From the NCBI GenBank assembly GCA_051362555.1, contig CM120640.1:48958788-49022787 (forward strand): a stretch of DNA of 64,000 nucleotides, read 5' to 3'. The notes under the pieces are model-generated. The model made no database searches. It was given only the letters and a program-made list of their open reading frames with translations, and was not told the origin of the DNA. Every line of letters begins with the position of its first letter. The stretch's first letter is position 1. Position numbers and translations under genes: made by a program. Positions 1 to 11,208 of this stretch are shown piece by piece. The DNA is from Lingula anatina. Its lineage: Eukaryota; Animalia; Brachiopoda.

Positions 1-1081
1 ATTCCTTTAACTGTAGCTAAGAACGATATGGTTTTAATTTTTGAAAAGTCAATTTCAGCTCTCTATAATCTACTTCCGATGTCGACACTTCCGATGTTTT
101 ATTATCAGTTTTATTACACACCCTTTCAGAGAAAGAAGTATGATATTGTTCCAGATCATTACATTTCACCGCTAAGCAGACCACGCGTAGGGGACAATCT
201 ACAAATTCAAGATATTCAATTATAGATGCTTTTCTAGAACAAGTCGAGCGTATTATTAAGATAAACTTTGAGCAAATGCTTCATAATACAGAGAAAACAA
301 GGCTCTTGTTAACAGAGAGTACATTGTACGCTAGGGGTGTATTAGCGACAAAGCTGGTTTACGTAATACCGACTGTCGTTATGGTGTTATCATGTTCATA
401 ATACGATATACATGGTTAATATTAAACAGGGAATTTCAATTTCTGTTTTCTGCAGATCAAATTGAAAATGATTATTTTAAAATCCTATCCTGGGGGTACG
501 GTGTTCATATCCTATAAGAATTGGATTTAGAGTGAAGGGGAAATCTAAAGGCATGTCTGCGTATGTCTGCGTTCATGGGTCAGATTTCTTAACCCACTGT
601 AGTGTATAAGTCAGTGAATATTAAGATCTCTTTGTTTTCTATTATCACAGATTGTCACGTAGATACGAAGACTGCCGTTATATTTACATGGTAACCAAAT
701 GTTATAAATTCCGTATTATCGAAACTTATTCAAAGTGAAAATAATTTTGAGAGTAACTGCATATTCAGTAATTTAATCAAAATGAGCTCAATTTCGACAG
801 CAAAACGGATGGAAAAATATCTAGTTTGACGAATGGGTGTATATGAATAAAAAGAAGATATATACGTCTAAAAAAGAGCATATTACCATCATCAGCACAA
901 CTTTATGTGCATGGTTGGACATGTGCATGGTTAGACACCCATTTCAGACACATTGGGAAATCGTTAGGGTTCGCTACAGGCTTGAGAGCATGCTTGTAGA
1001 TATAAAAAAAACCCATCGAATACGGCGTATTGTGTTGAAAATAATATTTCTGAAAACCTTTTATTCAGAGTTTTCACTTAC

Positions 1082-1194
1082 CCTGATTCTTTTTTCGGTG
1101 ATTGATTATCATACGCTTGAGCATGGATTTGAGGAAGGCGGAAATCACCCTCGTCTTCTTCCTCACTTCCTCTTCTACGCGGTCTCTTAGCCAT
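1082..1194 (-). CDS. Candidate alternative first coding exon A of an unidentified gene continuing beyond the left edge
   Basis: ATG at 1194 opens MAKRPRRRGSEEEDEGDFRLPQIHAQAYDNQSPKKES and ends at the donor GG|GTAAGT. Length 113 nt, phase 2. Composition is coding-like and includes an RRGS PKA-type site. Confidence 0.6.
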
Positions 1195-3614
1195 AATAAA
1201 CGTCCTGGATAGTCCCTATTTATCTATTTCTGGCATAATTCACTCAGTATTGTTGGGTCAGATGTTGCCGTCAGCGAGAAACGTATCTTCAAGGAGTTAA
1301 TCGGTATTTGATATAGCTCTCCACTTAAGATACACCTTTCAATGCAGTTTGGGTTCAGTTAATCCATAGCATGTGCAAACACTTCTGGACACACATACAC
1401 GTGTGTATAGTTGCTATGTGACCTGCGTCCAAAACAAAGGTCACCTTCAGGTGTACCGCCTGAGTGATTAAGTCACCTGTAAAGAGATTTCACCGGTTCT
1501 CGCTTCTTACTCGCTGTCATCTGTAAATATTCTCGCCGCCTTAACGCGTAGTAGCGACTCTTGAGTAAAGAGCACAAATTCTGAGCAAATCTTTAAGAAA
1601 GATGGCCGCGCTGTTTATCTCTCATCTGTTCAAACTTTTTATTCGTTGCCACCCGCTTTAAGTTAACCTTGTTTTGGTGTTTATAAAGGAAGCTTATTGT
1701 CCTTCTCAAAACAGACATTTGATTCGTTTGAGCCCTTGACTGCGAGGGAACAAAGGAGGGTAAAGGCGTGCCGAAAATTTTACTAAAAAATATAACACAG
1801 TGTCCATTTTCTTTTAACATTCCATTAAATATTTACTGTTATGAAAAAGTAAAAAATTAAAACACTTTAGACAACGGATTGAAAGAAAGCGATTTAAAAA
1901 GAAACGGTAGTTTTTATCCTTCTCTCCCTAAGGAAGCGCGTTCTTGTCGTAAATTGAAAGGATATAACAGCGTTGTTGGCTCCTCTGTGAATGCACCCAT
2001 TCTATTTGTAACAAAAACAGACGGAACAACAACGGTGTACAGTATCAAAGTACACATTTTAGAAAACTATCGGTGTGTAAAATAACAAGATAATGTCAAC
2101 CCTGAATGAAACATTACGTGTGACCTGCAACTGTGGATTTTCTAGCTTGATTGCAAAATGAGTTGATATGAGGGAAGGGGCCAAAGGTGGTTGCAGGTAG
2201 GGGGTATTTCAATGGTTTGATACAATGGCCTTCGGTCAGTCGTCTCAAAAAGAAAAGGGGGAATTTCTGTTGTTTTCCACTCTCCCCCTACCTACAGACG
2301 TCCCAACAGCACACATCCATATTAGTTTTAATATTATATTGTTTATGGGACTTAAGCAATGCGGATTTTTATTTATTGTTTTTAAAAGTTGCTTCTCAAC
2401 CTAAGTAAAGGATTAGTTTCATTATTAAAGCAAATTATTCTCTTTTTTACTTTTAAAGATGAAACACCAAAAACTACCAGTGTCCTTGCAGTCATACAAC
2501 TTGCTGTGTTAACTAGCTGTGCTCACTACCATTGCCTTTACCATAAAATAACAAAAACGCTTAGAAAGTGCCCTCAGCTAATCGGTATGCATCATCCTTG
2601 CAAACCTATGATTGACACAATTCTTGTTTTCATTAGAAATTATTGTTAAGCACACCAAAATTACTCTCATCTTAGATTAATGAATTGTTAGTTTCTGAAA
2701 AACATGTTTAAGAAAAAAATATTTAAAAATCGTCCAGTGACTATCGTTATGTGCAATTTTCAAATAAAACTGTTCATCACTCAATTGACTTGAAACTTAT
2801 GTACCCTTTTTTATGAATCCACTCTTTATCTTTTGTCTTAGTCGATTGAATGATTCTACGCATTAGTGGCATCTCTTCCTGTTAAAGCTGAACTTTTAGT
2901 ACGGTCTTTAATTTCATTTTGCCTACTTAAAAGGAGTGCAATATGCCTGTGAGATACGAGTACTATTCTCTATAAAGAAAGTATGTAAACTTACTACTAA
3001 AATTCTAAACTTCTGTTTGATTTGTTAAAAATAGACTACCAAGATCATTGTCCATTCAGTACACATTGTCCGTTAGTGCTTAACAATTGAACATTTAACC
3101 CTCAAAGCATGTTTTCTAACAAAATAATATCTTTGAGTCTTCTAATGTATTTTCTACAATACTCCGGTCGCTTACAGAACAATGGTTTGATCATAAATAA
3201 CAACTATATGCTTGTCAATCTGACCGTAAAACGTGAATCCAATGCAATGTTTACCAAGTACATCATTGTTGTAAATAAACTAAGAACCTCTTCCTTCTGC
3301 CCAAGCTCTAGGCCAATAAAAACCACAAAGGAAGACGATCGTTTTACACCATAAGAAAAATAATGTTATGGAATTTACCATAACTTTTTTCTTAGCTTAT
3401 GTACGTGATTATTTACTCAACTTTTGTCTGCATGTCCATAAAACGCATGTTACGAGTACAGTTAAGGTAATACAGCTCTGATCTATGGATCCATAAAAAG
3501 CAAAACTTAATGATTGCCTAGAGATTAGCTGACATTTTGACGTCTCGGTAAACGAAACCGGGTAGATAAAAAAACGCATCATCGTTATTATCCACATAAT
3601 TCATCAAAGATTCA

Positions 3615-3617
<3 letters not shown>

Positions 3618-3672
<55 letters not shown>
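3618..3672. repeat. (AT)n microsatellite
   Basis: Pure AT dinucleotide run of about 55 nt. Confidence 0.95.
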
Positions 3673-3674
<2 letters not shown>

Positions 3675-5647
3675 TGTCTTTGTACTGACTCAATAGCATT
3701 TATAATATCCATGTTAAAAAGTGCTAAAATCACAACCTAATCACGAGATGCTGCAATCCAAAATTACGGAGTTTTCTCCTGTAATTTCTTATAAAAGGTT
3801 ATTTTATCGTTGTTCTACACAGCCATCTCAGTTTGTCTTTTTACTATAATCCATTCCTTGGCAACTACTATACATGTACATGTATCTTTATCCCTCTACA
3901 GCCCCGGTGGTCGTGAAGCAAATCCTGCTATATATCTGGTAACTATTTACTATTTTGAAAAATTAAAATATTTAAAAATATGAAATATTAAGTCCAATAG
4001 ATACTTATATCGACTTTGTTTTTAAATATTCCAAGTATAAAAAAGTATAAAGTATAAAAACATGGTAGATTGCTTATAATCAACTAAACATGTGGTGATT
4101 CATTATTTTCCCTTATTCTTGTCAAATGTATCATATATATATGAATTTGAATTTGGACATAGTAATGTTGCAGGACGAATTAATGCTAGAAATTATTCTT
4201 AAGTTTTACACCAACATATTTGCAGGTGTCCTCAAATCAATTTTGATTAATATTATCACGCAGAAGTGTTCAAACAACTTCCAATGAAAATCAGTTGTGA
4301 ACAAACAGTACTTTAACCTATTCAGCCACATATAGTTGAAGTGTAATTTGAAGATGTTTTTGATCTCCTAGGTAAAGGTGGTGAAAGGCACGAGATTAGT
4401 ATGCCTAGTTCAAGCTGTCGGTTGTATTTGTCAAAGTCAACTTTAGGACAGTAATCCGTCTCAAACACCGCCGAGGAAAACTAGCTTTTTAATGGGTGAG
4501 CAGAGCAGCTGACACGGTAAGAATCTTTTTCAATTAAGTTCAGGCATGCCTCTTTGTACATCATTTGTGCCACTTCGGCAACGTTTCATTGAACCTTTCA
4601 TGATAATATCTATGAAAGGCCATTAATTTATTACGTGAAATCTGACTTATCTCAACAATATCATCTAGTCCTTACAGCTGCAACTTTTATAAATAGCAAG
4701 GACTACTATTGATTAAAACAACAACGTTAAACATCCGGGAAATAAATGAATAAAGGTTTTTACCAAGGTGTTTCCATAAAATGGGCGTTCAAAATTTCAA
4801 GCGATTATTATACTGTTTAAGTGAATTTTAGGTTACAACACATTCAAAAACAAACGACTCGCATTTCAATCACACCAGTTACTTTATCGCATTTTTCTCT
4901 GTCTGTCATTTGCATAGTCTATGTGTAGCCAATATGGCCCATGACCACACTTCATCTATGAGGAAAATTGCAAAAATATGCAAAAGCAGTAAAATTGCCC
5001 ATAAGGCTCTATATAGGAATCAAGACCACAGTTCAAATCACCATAGCAACAAAACTAACATGGGTACCTACATTTTTTAACAAATCTTAATATGGATATT
5101 ATAGTGTCAACTATGTATGTAAAAAATTAAAAGGATAACTACTCTTTATATGAAATTCAAAACTACACAATAAATGCAATCTAAATAACACACAGAAATA
5201 TAATAAATTTCATTTTACCACCAAAACGGCAGTTATCGCAATTATTCTGAAATCTGTGCTAGCCATCGGACCATTGGACCTTCAACGATGGCTACCCTCC
5301 GTCACAATCTTTTAAGAGATAATTACCAAAAACATTTTATTTAAAAAAAACAATCGACGAGGTTTAAATGTCGGAACGTATTCATTAACCATTGGTAAGT
5401 ATGAAAAAAAATCGTCGTTTACCCCAGGCTAATCCGGTGTAGGGCACTTTGTCCGCCAAAGTAAAGAGTTGATATGCCTTTAAGAAAATTCTATCACACA
5501 GATATATCATAAGGACATTACCTTACATATTTTCATTAAGAAAAACTGCAACCTGTAATGCCATCAGAACTGTGACAGGGGCGAGTACCTTTAAAATCCA
5601 TTTACAACAAAGATATGCAGGACAAGTAACCATTTACACTGTCTGTT

Positions 5648-5678
<31 letters not shown>

Positions 5679-5837
5679 GCATCTCTCGTCCGCTCCTTTA
5701 TCTCTTCCCTTGCTTTATTGCATGAAGTGCAGTCAGCTCAACTCCTTAATGTAAATATTGCCTATAAAATCTCTTATAGTTAGCGTTCAAATCATGTAAT
5801 TATATTGTCCCAAAAACAAGTTTCACTCAATACCCAC

Positions 5838-5965
5838 CGATTCTTTTCGTTTTGCTTTTTCACCAAAGATTCCGTCTCCTCATCCGATTCCCCATCAGAC
5901 TCGTGGATCAAAAAAGTAACTTTGTTCCTTATTGTTGGTAATTTAGTCCCTTCCTTATCTGCCAT
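5838..5965 (-). CDS. Candidate alternative first coding exon B of the same left-running gene
   Basis: AAAATGG start opens MADKEGTKLPTIRNKVTFLIHESDGESDEETESLVKKQNEKN, ending at CG|GTGGGT. Length 128 nt, phase 2. Confidence 0.55.
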
Positions 5966-7338
5966 TTTAAATTCTCCATTGTCTCATTGCATCTAATATT
6001 TAATACCGTTTTGCTGAGTAGATATCTTCGGTAATTTTTGATTCGATCTCAAATTGTTTTACATTAATTTATACGAATGTCACCCATCATGCGCAGCCAT
6101 TACCTGACTCAAAATTTGTGCGGGACAGTGCTCCTTAGTAACGGGGCATTAGGAGGATCGTAGTCTAGTCCACGACCCATCAACAAACCACCTGTATGAA
6201 ACGTGAGCCCTCCAGACGCACACCTACCCAATGCTATTATTTATGTAGCTGTACACATCTGGTGTTAAATTAACCGTATGAGCTTAAAAGCAGTTCAGGT
6301 AGTTCGAAATAAGGGGGGGGTCTTGCACAAAGAATGTCTGTATACTGAATTTCAGGTTGATGTTTTTTATTGTAGGCGATAATTTTTGCTTGGCTGTTTT
6401 TTCCCGTTTAACATCTGGATAAAAAGATAAAAAGAGAACGCCTCGCTTTTTAGGACACGCTAACAGGTAAAAAAGGTATTTCCACACCCAATCCCCAAAA
6501 AGATGTGCCCTCACGTTTCTTTATTTTGCACTCCTTTAACATGACGTGTTTATATTTCGTATAATAAAGATACAAAACGCAATGCAAATATGAGACGGTA
6601 AATAAATTTAAGATTATTAATATAATAAATCAGCCCTTGGCCAAGTAGAATGCAAATAATAATACTATGCAACACACTAAGTATTTATTTAACGAGTTAC
6701 ATCATTGCAAGAAACTACTTTGAAGGCGTTGAAAATTGAAAAGAAACAACAAAACAGGTGGATTATTACTACCAGAGGTTATATGAAGAGGTTTTGCACT
6801 AACAGTCCAGTTCCAGTTTTAAGTAAATGAAATTTATCCTAAGCAGTATTTTAGTTCGCTTTGTATTTGCACAATCCGCGTAATCAAAGTTAAGACGAAT
6901 AATCTTATGGCAAACAGAGAAGCCTCAAAGGCAAATGCAGGGGCTTAACGAGTGTGCTCGACTAATTTGGATAACTCACCTACAGCAATTCCATATACAA
7001 TGACATCGCTACGAGTAGACGATTTTGATCCTACTCTCAATAAATGGGCAACGTTCAAAAAAAAAATAAAAAAAAATAAAGTATACGACAAGACATCGCT
7101 TAAATATAACATATACGGCACAATTCGAATTTTGTGCTTGTCTGTGATGTAAAAATCAACAACAAGGTAACCTGACACAAATATAACAACGTTCGGGTAT
7201 ATGCCTCCAGAGTAGAAATCAACCGAAACCTGTTTTGATAAAGGGGGATTGATAAGACAATGTTTGATTAAAATATTGATTAAATTCAGACAATGTATGA
7301 CATTTTTCCCTGAGCATGTATTCACAACCGTACACACT

Positions 7339-7341
<3 letters not shown>

Positions 7342-7398
<57 letters not shown>
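7342..7398. repeat. Compound (CA)n(GA)n microsatellite
   Basis: A CA run followed directly by a GA run. Confidence 0.95.
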
Positions 7399-7431
7399 TG
7401 AACGCAACAATTAATCATTACATATCATTAC

Positions 7432-7601
7432 CTAGACTGTGTTAACACTCTTCCAGATACAAAACTGCTAGCCAGCGTCTTAGGAAGGACTGGGACCCTC
7501 TCAGAGGTGGAATCAACGACAACAGTTTGTGAATACACCCTAGACAAAAATGGCAAAGTTTCCTGTGTCTTAGGGCGGCGGGACTCCGAACGTAACCTCA
7601 T
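7432..7601 (-). CDS. Candidate alternative first coding exon C of the same left-running gene
   Basis: ATG at 7601 opens MRLRSESRRPKTQETLPFLSRVYSQTVVVDSTSERVPVLPKTLASSFVSGRVLTQS, ending at AG|GTAATG. Length 170 nt, phase 2, with an in-frame stop upstream of the ATG. Confidence 0.5.
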
Positions 7602-8588
7602 TCTGCCGTCAAAAAAAGTACATGCTACAGAATCCACACAATTACTTTACAACTTTAAAGGTATTCTTATGTGGAATGATATTTATGTCCCATCCTTCTT
7701 TATAAGAGATTTCTTCTTGAAGGTTTGATCGCCGTCTGTTATTCCGAATGGTTCTTCTTATGCTTGTGTTTTGGTACGCGCCAAGATGAGTTTTTAAATC
7801 TGTGCTTTCTAGATGTCTGCTGTCAGTTCTGTCAATTCGTTGTTATCCTACCTTCCAACTGTCTAGTTTCGAAATTTCCAATTTTAGGTCAGGTTGAAAT
7901 CAACAAAGTAGTTATTTATCGGTTGCGACGAACGCTGGCACAGTTTTTGACTAAATAAGATACGTGCCTTCGCATAAAGAGATAGCAGCATGTTGCTAAT
8001 TCAACCCACGGCTTTTCAGGCATCCTATGTATAACATCCACCATCCGTTGGGAGTTGCTGCTAAATAATAAGTTACTCAATAAATATGGATAGCGTTAAA
8101 TGGATAGTCGTCTTTTGCATGACAGCCAATGAACATGACAAATGTGCCTCGACAAACTGTATCCCATAAGAATTGCAAATCCTATAATCTCACCTTCAGT
8201 GTTGACCACGATAGTGCAAGGTATTACTTTCGCGCTGATGGCTACGACAACAAATTGACCAGATCACTAACAATATTAAAATAACATTTGACCATTTTAC
8301 CGGTGTAATTAAATTAAATATTGTTTTGGGGTTGGTCGCTGGGTGACCAGAGCGAGATTCTTTGCGTGACACCCTTATGGTAACGGTGATGGTACAGCTA
8401 TGTAGACATAGAAAGACAAACATAGGCGGTGCTTGATTAACCTGAGGAAAGGCTATCCCTCTCTAAGTCAACACAAGCTGTTATCATTATCAATATCCAC
8501 CTTGCTATGTTATCATTGTCCACAGACTGGAAACATTTAGATGCAACTGTTCTAGTGCTCCACACATGGCAAGATATGTGTGACTTAC

Positions 8589-8725
8589 GTCTTTTTACAA
8601 ACGTCTACGTCATCGTGTGATTCTACATATGGTATAATTTTTCGTGTTTGAAACGACCCTAAATACGGCGTGCTAATGGAGCAGTAAGATTTAGGGAGCC
8701 GAATGCATCGAAAAGGGTGCAGCAT
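8589..8725 (-). CDS. Candidate alternative first coding exon D of the same left-running gene
   Basis: ATG at 8725 opens MLHPFRCIRLPKSYCSISTPYLGSFQTRKIIPYVESHDDVDVCKK, ending at AC|GTAAGT. Length 137 nt, phase 2. Confidence 0.45.
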
Positions 8726-10057
8726 TCTCAGACAACATGCGACTGTTCCACTGCAGACTTTTCTATGGCAATAGACAAAATACTAGTTTCGGGCTGCTTA
8801 ATGCGACATGTAATGCAAGAAGGCAGTCTATTGAAAATGTCGAGGAGAATTAAAAGCCTGAAAGCTCAAAATAGAATAAAAAACCATGTCGTTGTTCGTG
8901 TGTACATTTGGTGGCGTGTCTTGTAACTTGGTGATGAAAATAACAGGGAAACATGCGACACCGATTTCTATAAATATGTCACACTCAAACAAGTAATTAA
9001 TGAAATACACCAAAAAAATTTAGATCCTGTAAATTACAAAACGTGCCTAGAGTTGTAAATAGGAGACTCCGTGAACGCTTTTTTTCTTGCAAAGATTGAA
9101 GAAGAAAAGCTTTTCTTCTATTCCATGATATTTGATACATTAATCCCCAAGCATTAAGGATACGTATACACTAATCGCGCATCAAAATGAATATGCCAGC
9201 ATCACATTCCTGCGGCCGATTCTGTTATAATTGCACTAAAATCTAATCCATATTCAAAGAGGAGACCGTTACAAGACTGTTATAAATGATAAGATGACAA
9301 GAAAAATTTCTCCTGTGGTGCATAGATGGGAGATGGATGAGTTATCAGCATTTTGATATGTCTTTGTTTGTTTGAAGTGTCTTTAAGGTATCTGGTGAGG
9401 CTATCAGCGGGATTGTGAATATAGTGATGAATTGACAGGAGTAATCCTCCATTGCGACGACCTGATATTGACAACTTGCAAAAAAAAAAATCAAATACAG
9501 AGCAAGAGCCCGGCAACCAGTGGTGAATGATCAAGAGTGCTTTATAAGTACAGAGCTCCAATCAGCTGTCACTTCTACAATAGATACACTAAGTATTATG
9601 ATTTACTTTTTTTTTTGCCATGCACAAAAATATTGATCCGCACGTCTGATAGGCTACATTGCATTTTCAACTTTGATACAGTGACCCTTAAAAGTCCCAT
9701 GCGGAATTGGTATAACTTGAGGCAACAGCCTCATTTCATTGAACGCAAAGTGGCTGAGGAAACTAGCCATTATTTGGTATGTGTGTAAGAACTTGACTAG
9801 AACTCCTAGTCAAGTGTCTCGCCTATACCCAGGTATTCACAGACATCTCGCAACAGGTACTGGAAAATGGGCCTATAAACTTCCAAATTCTAATTTATTT
9901 TTAAATATCATTCTTACTTAATTTTGATGCACATAGATTTCTTACATAGAAATACATGTAGAAACCTCAAAAAGCAGACGCAGAAAATAAGTAACTTACT
10001 GAAATAGAAAAAGAGAAAAAGAAACAGACGTGATCACGAGCCTTAAAACTGAGTTAA

Positions 10058-10067
10058 TTTATTTATT
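10058..10067 (-). terminator. Candidate polyadenylation signal(s) of the IGFBP7-like gene
   Basis: Overlapping AATAAA hexamers on the minus strand about 550 nt downstream of the stop at 10620. Confidence 0.4.
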
Positions 10068-10619
10068 CATTGCAATTCTAATACATTCGAATACGAACAA
10101 TGCTTATAACCATTAACTACAGCTGGCAGTGCTAGTCTGGTAAATCACTGTTGTGATAAAAATATGAATAAAATAGTACTATATAATAATTAAAAATGTC
10201 ATCTCATAATCATATATAAATCACCATATTTAAATGTTTCAATATCTAAAGGCACTAATGTTCTACACACACGTTGAGCTAAAAATTGATGGAATCTAAG
10301 TAAAATGTTACTGTAAGTATTTTAGATGGATAAAAATTACAAAACATTTTTGATAAAAAAACAACTTCATGATGACAAGCCTCGGATTTAAGATAATTTG
10401 TAACTAGTTTCCGTGAAGCAAGTTACTATAATTATAGTGCTTCCGATATTATTGATCACCAATGGCCGAAGGTACCGTCAATCTCCATGTTAAAAAGGCC
10501 TCGTATCCAGCAAAACGGTTAACATCTTTTTCTAACTTTCTAGAAGATGTAACTTATCAGCTGATAAAAGAATACCATTCATTCAGTCTCTTCTTACTGT
10601 TTTCTGATTTTTTTTTCTT

Positions 10620-11137
10620 TTACAATTCCTCATCCTTAGTATCTGAAACAAGGCAGCAAAGCTGTCAAATGTACAGACAAAAAACAGAAAAAAAAAGCGC
10701 AGGAAATAGGATACTGTCAATTTTGATGCATTAATGTATTATGCTTACTGTAACTGCATAGCCAACATCAAATTCTAATTGTGCATAACATTGAATTAGG
10801 ATGAAAGTAAAATGTGTAACAAGCATTAGACTGAGTTCCCATACCTAGATCAATCTAACAGGATCAATCCAACTCCAAGGGGTTTCTCACTAAATTGCTT
10901 TCAGTTTAAGCGGCTTAGGATTCTGGCATGCCAGTTTCAGTAGGCGTGACAGACAGCTAAGCCACTTACATTGATTGCAATTTAGCGAGAATTCCCTTGG
11001 AGATACATCGATCCACAGTTAGCGTGATAGGGTCTGGAAATAGTCCCTAAGGCTTGAGGCTGATAAGAGTTAAACTTTGGAAATGCCAGAATGAGATAAA
11101 GTGAAAATTTCTTAAACTCATTGCTTAAACTCAATTA

Positions 11138-11208
<71 letters not shown>

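Noticed and set aside
170-198. Possible common second exon for the first-exon array (TTTGTAG|A TTG TCC CCT ACG CGT GGT CTG CTT AGC G|GTGAAA, minus)
   Set aside because: The phase fits, but the donor is weak and the segment is too short to distinguish from chance.
3417-3439. Tiny ATG-to-donor segment MDMQTKV ending GA|GTAAAT in phase 2 (minus)
   Set aside because: Only 7 codons with a mediocre donor, which is expected by chance.
4870-5472. Segment with the texture of a non-autonomous DNA element, including an X-box-like ATCACCATAGCAAC
   Set aside because: I could not find matching termini or a second copy in the window.
28-9921. Most 60-157 aa ORFs of the supplied track in the first 10 kb (e.g. 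837-1190 +, 3518-3733 -, 6945-7418 -)
   Set aside because: They have no domain motifs. Several are read-throughs of microsatellites or antisense shadows of the candidate exons, and many start at GTG or TTG, which is not meaningful in a metazoan locus.
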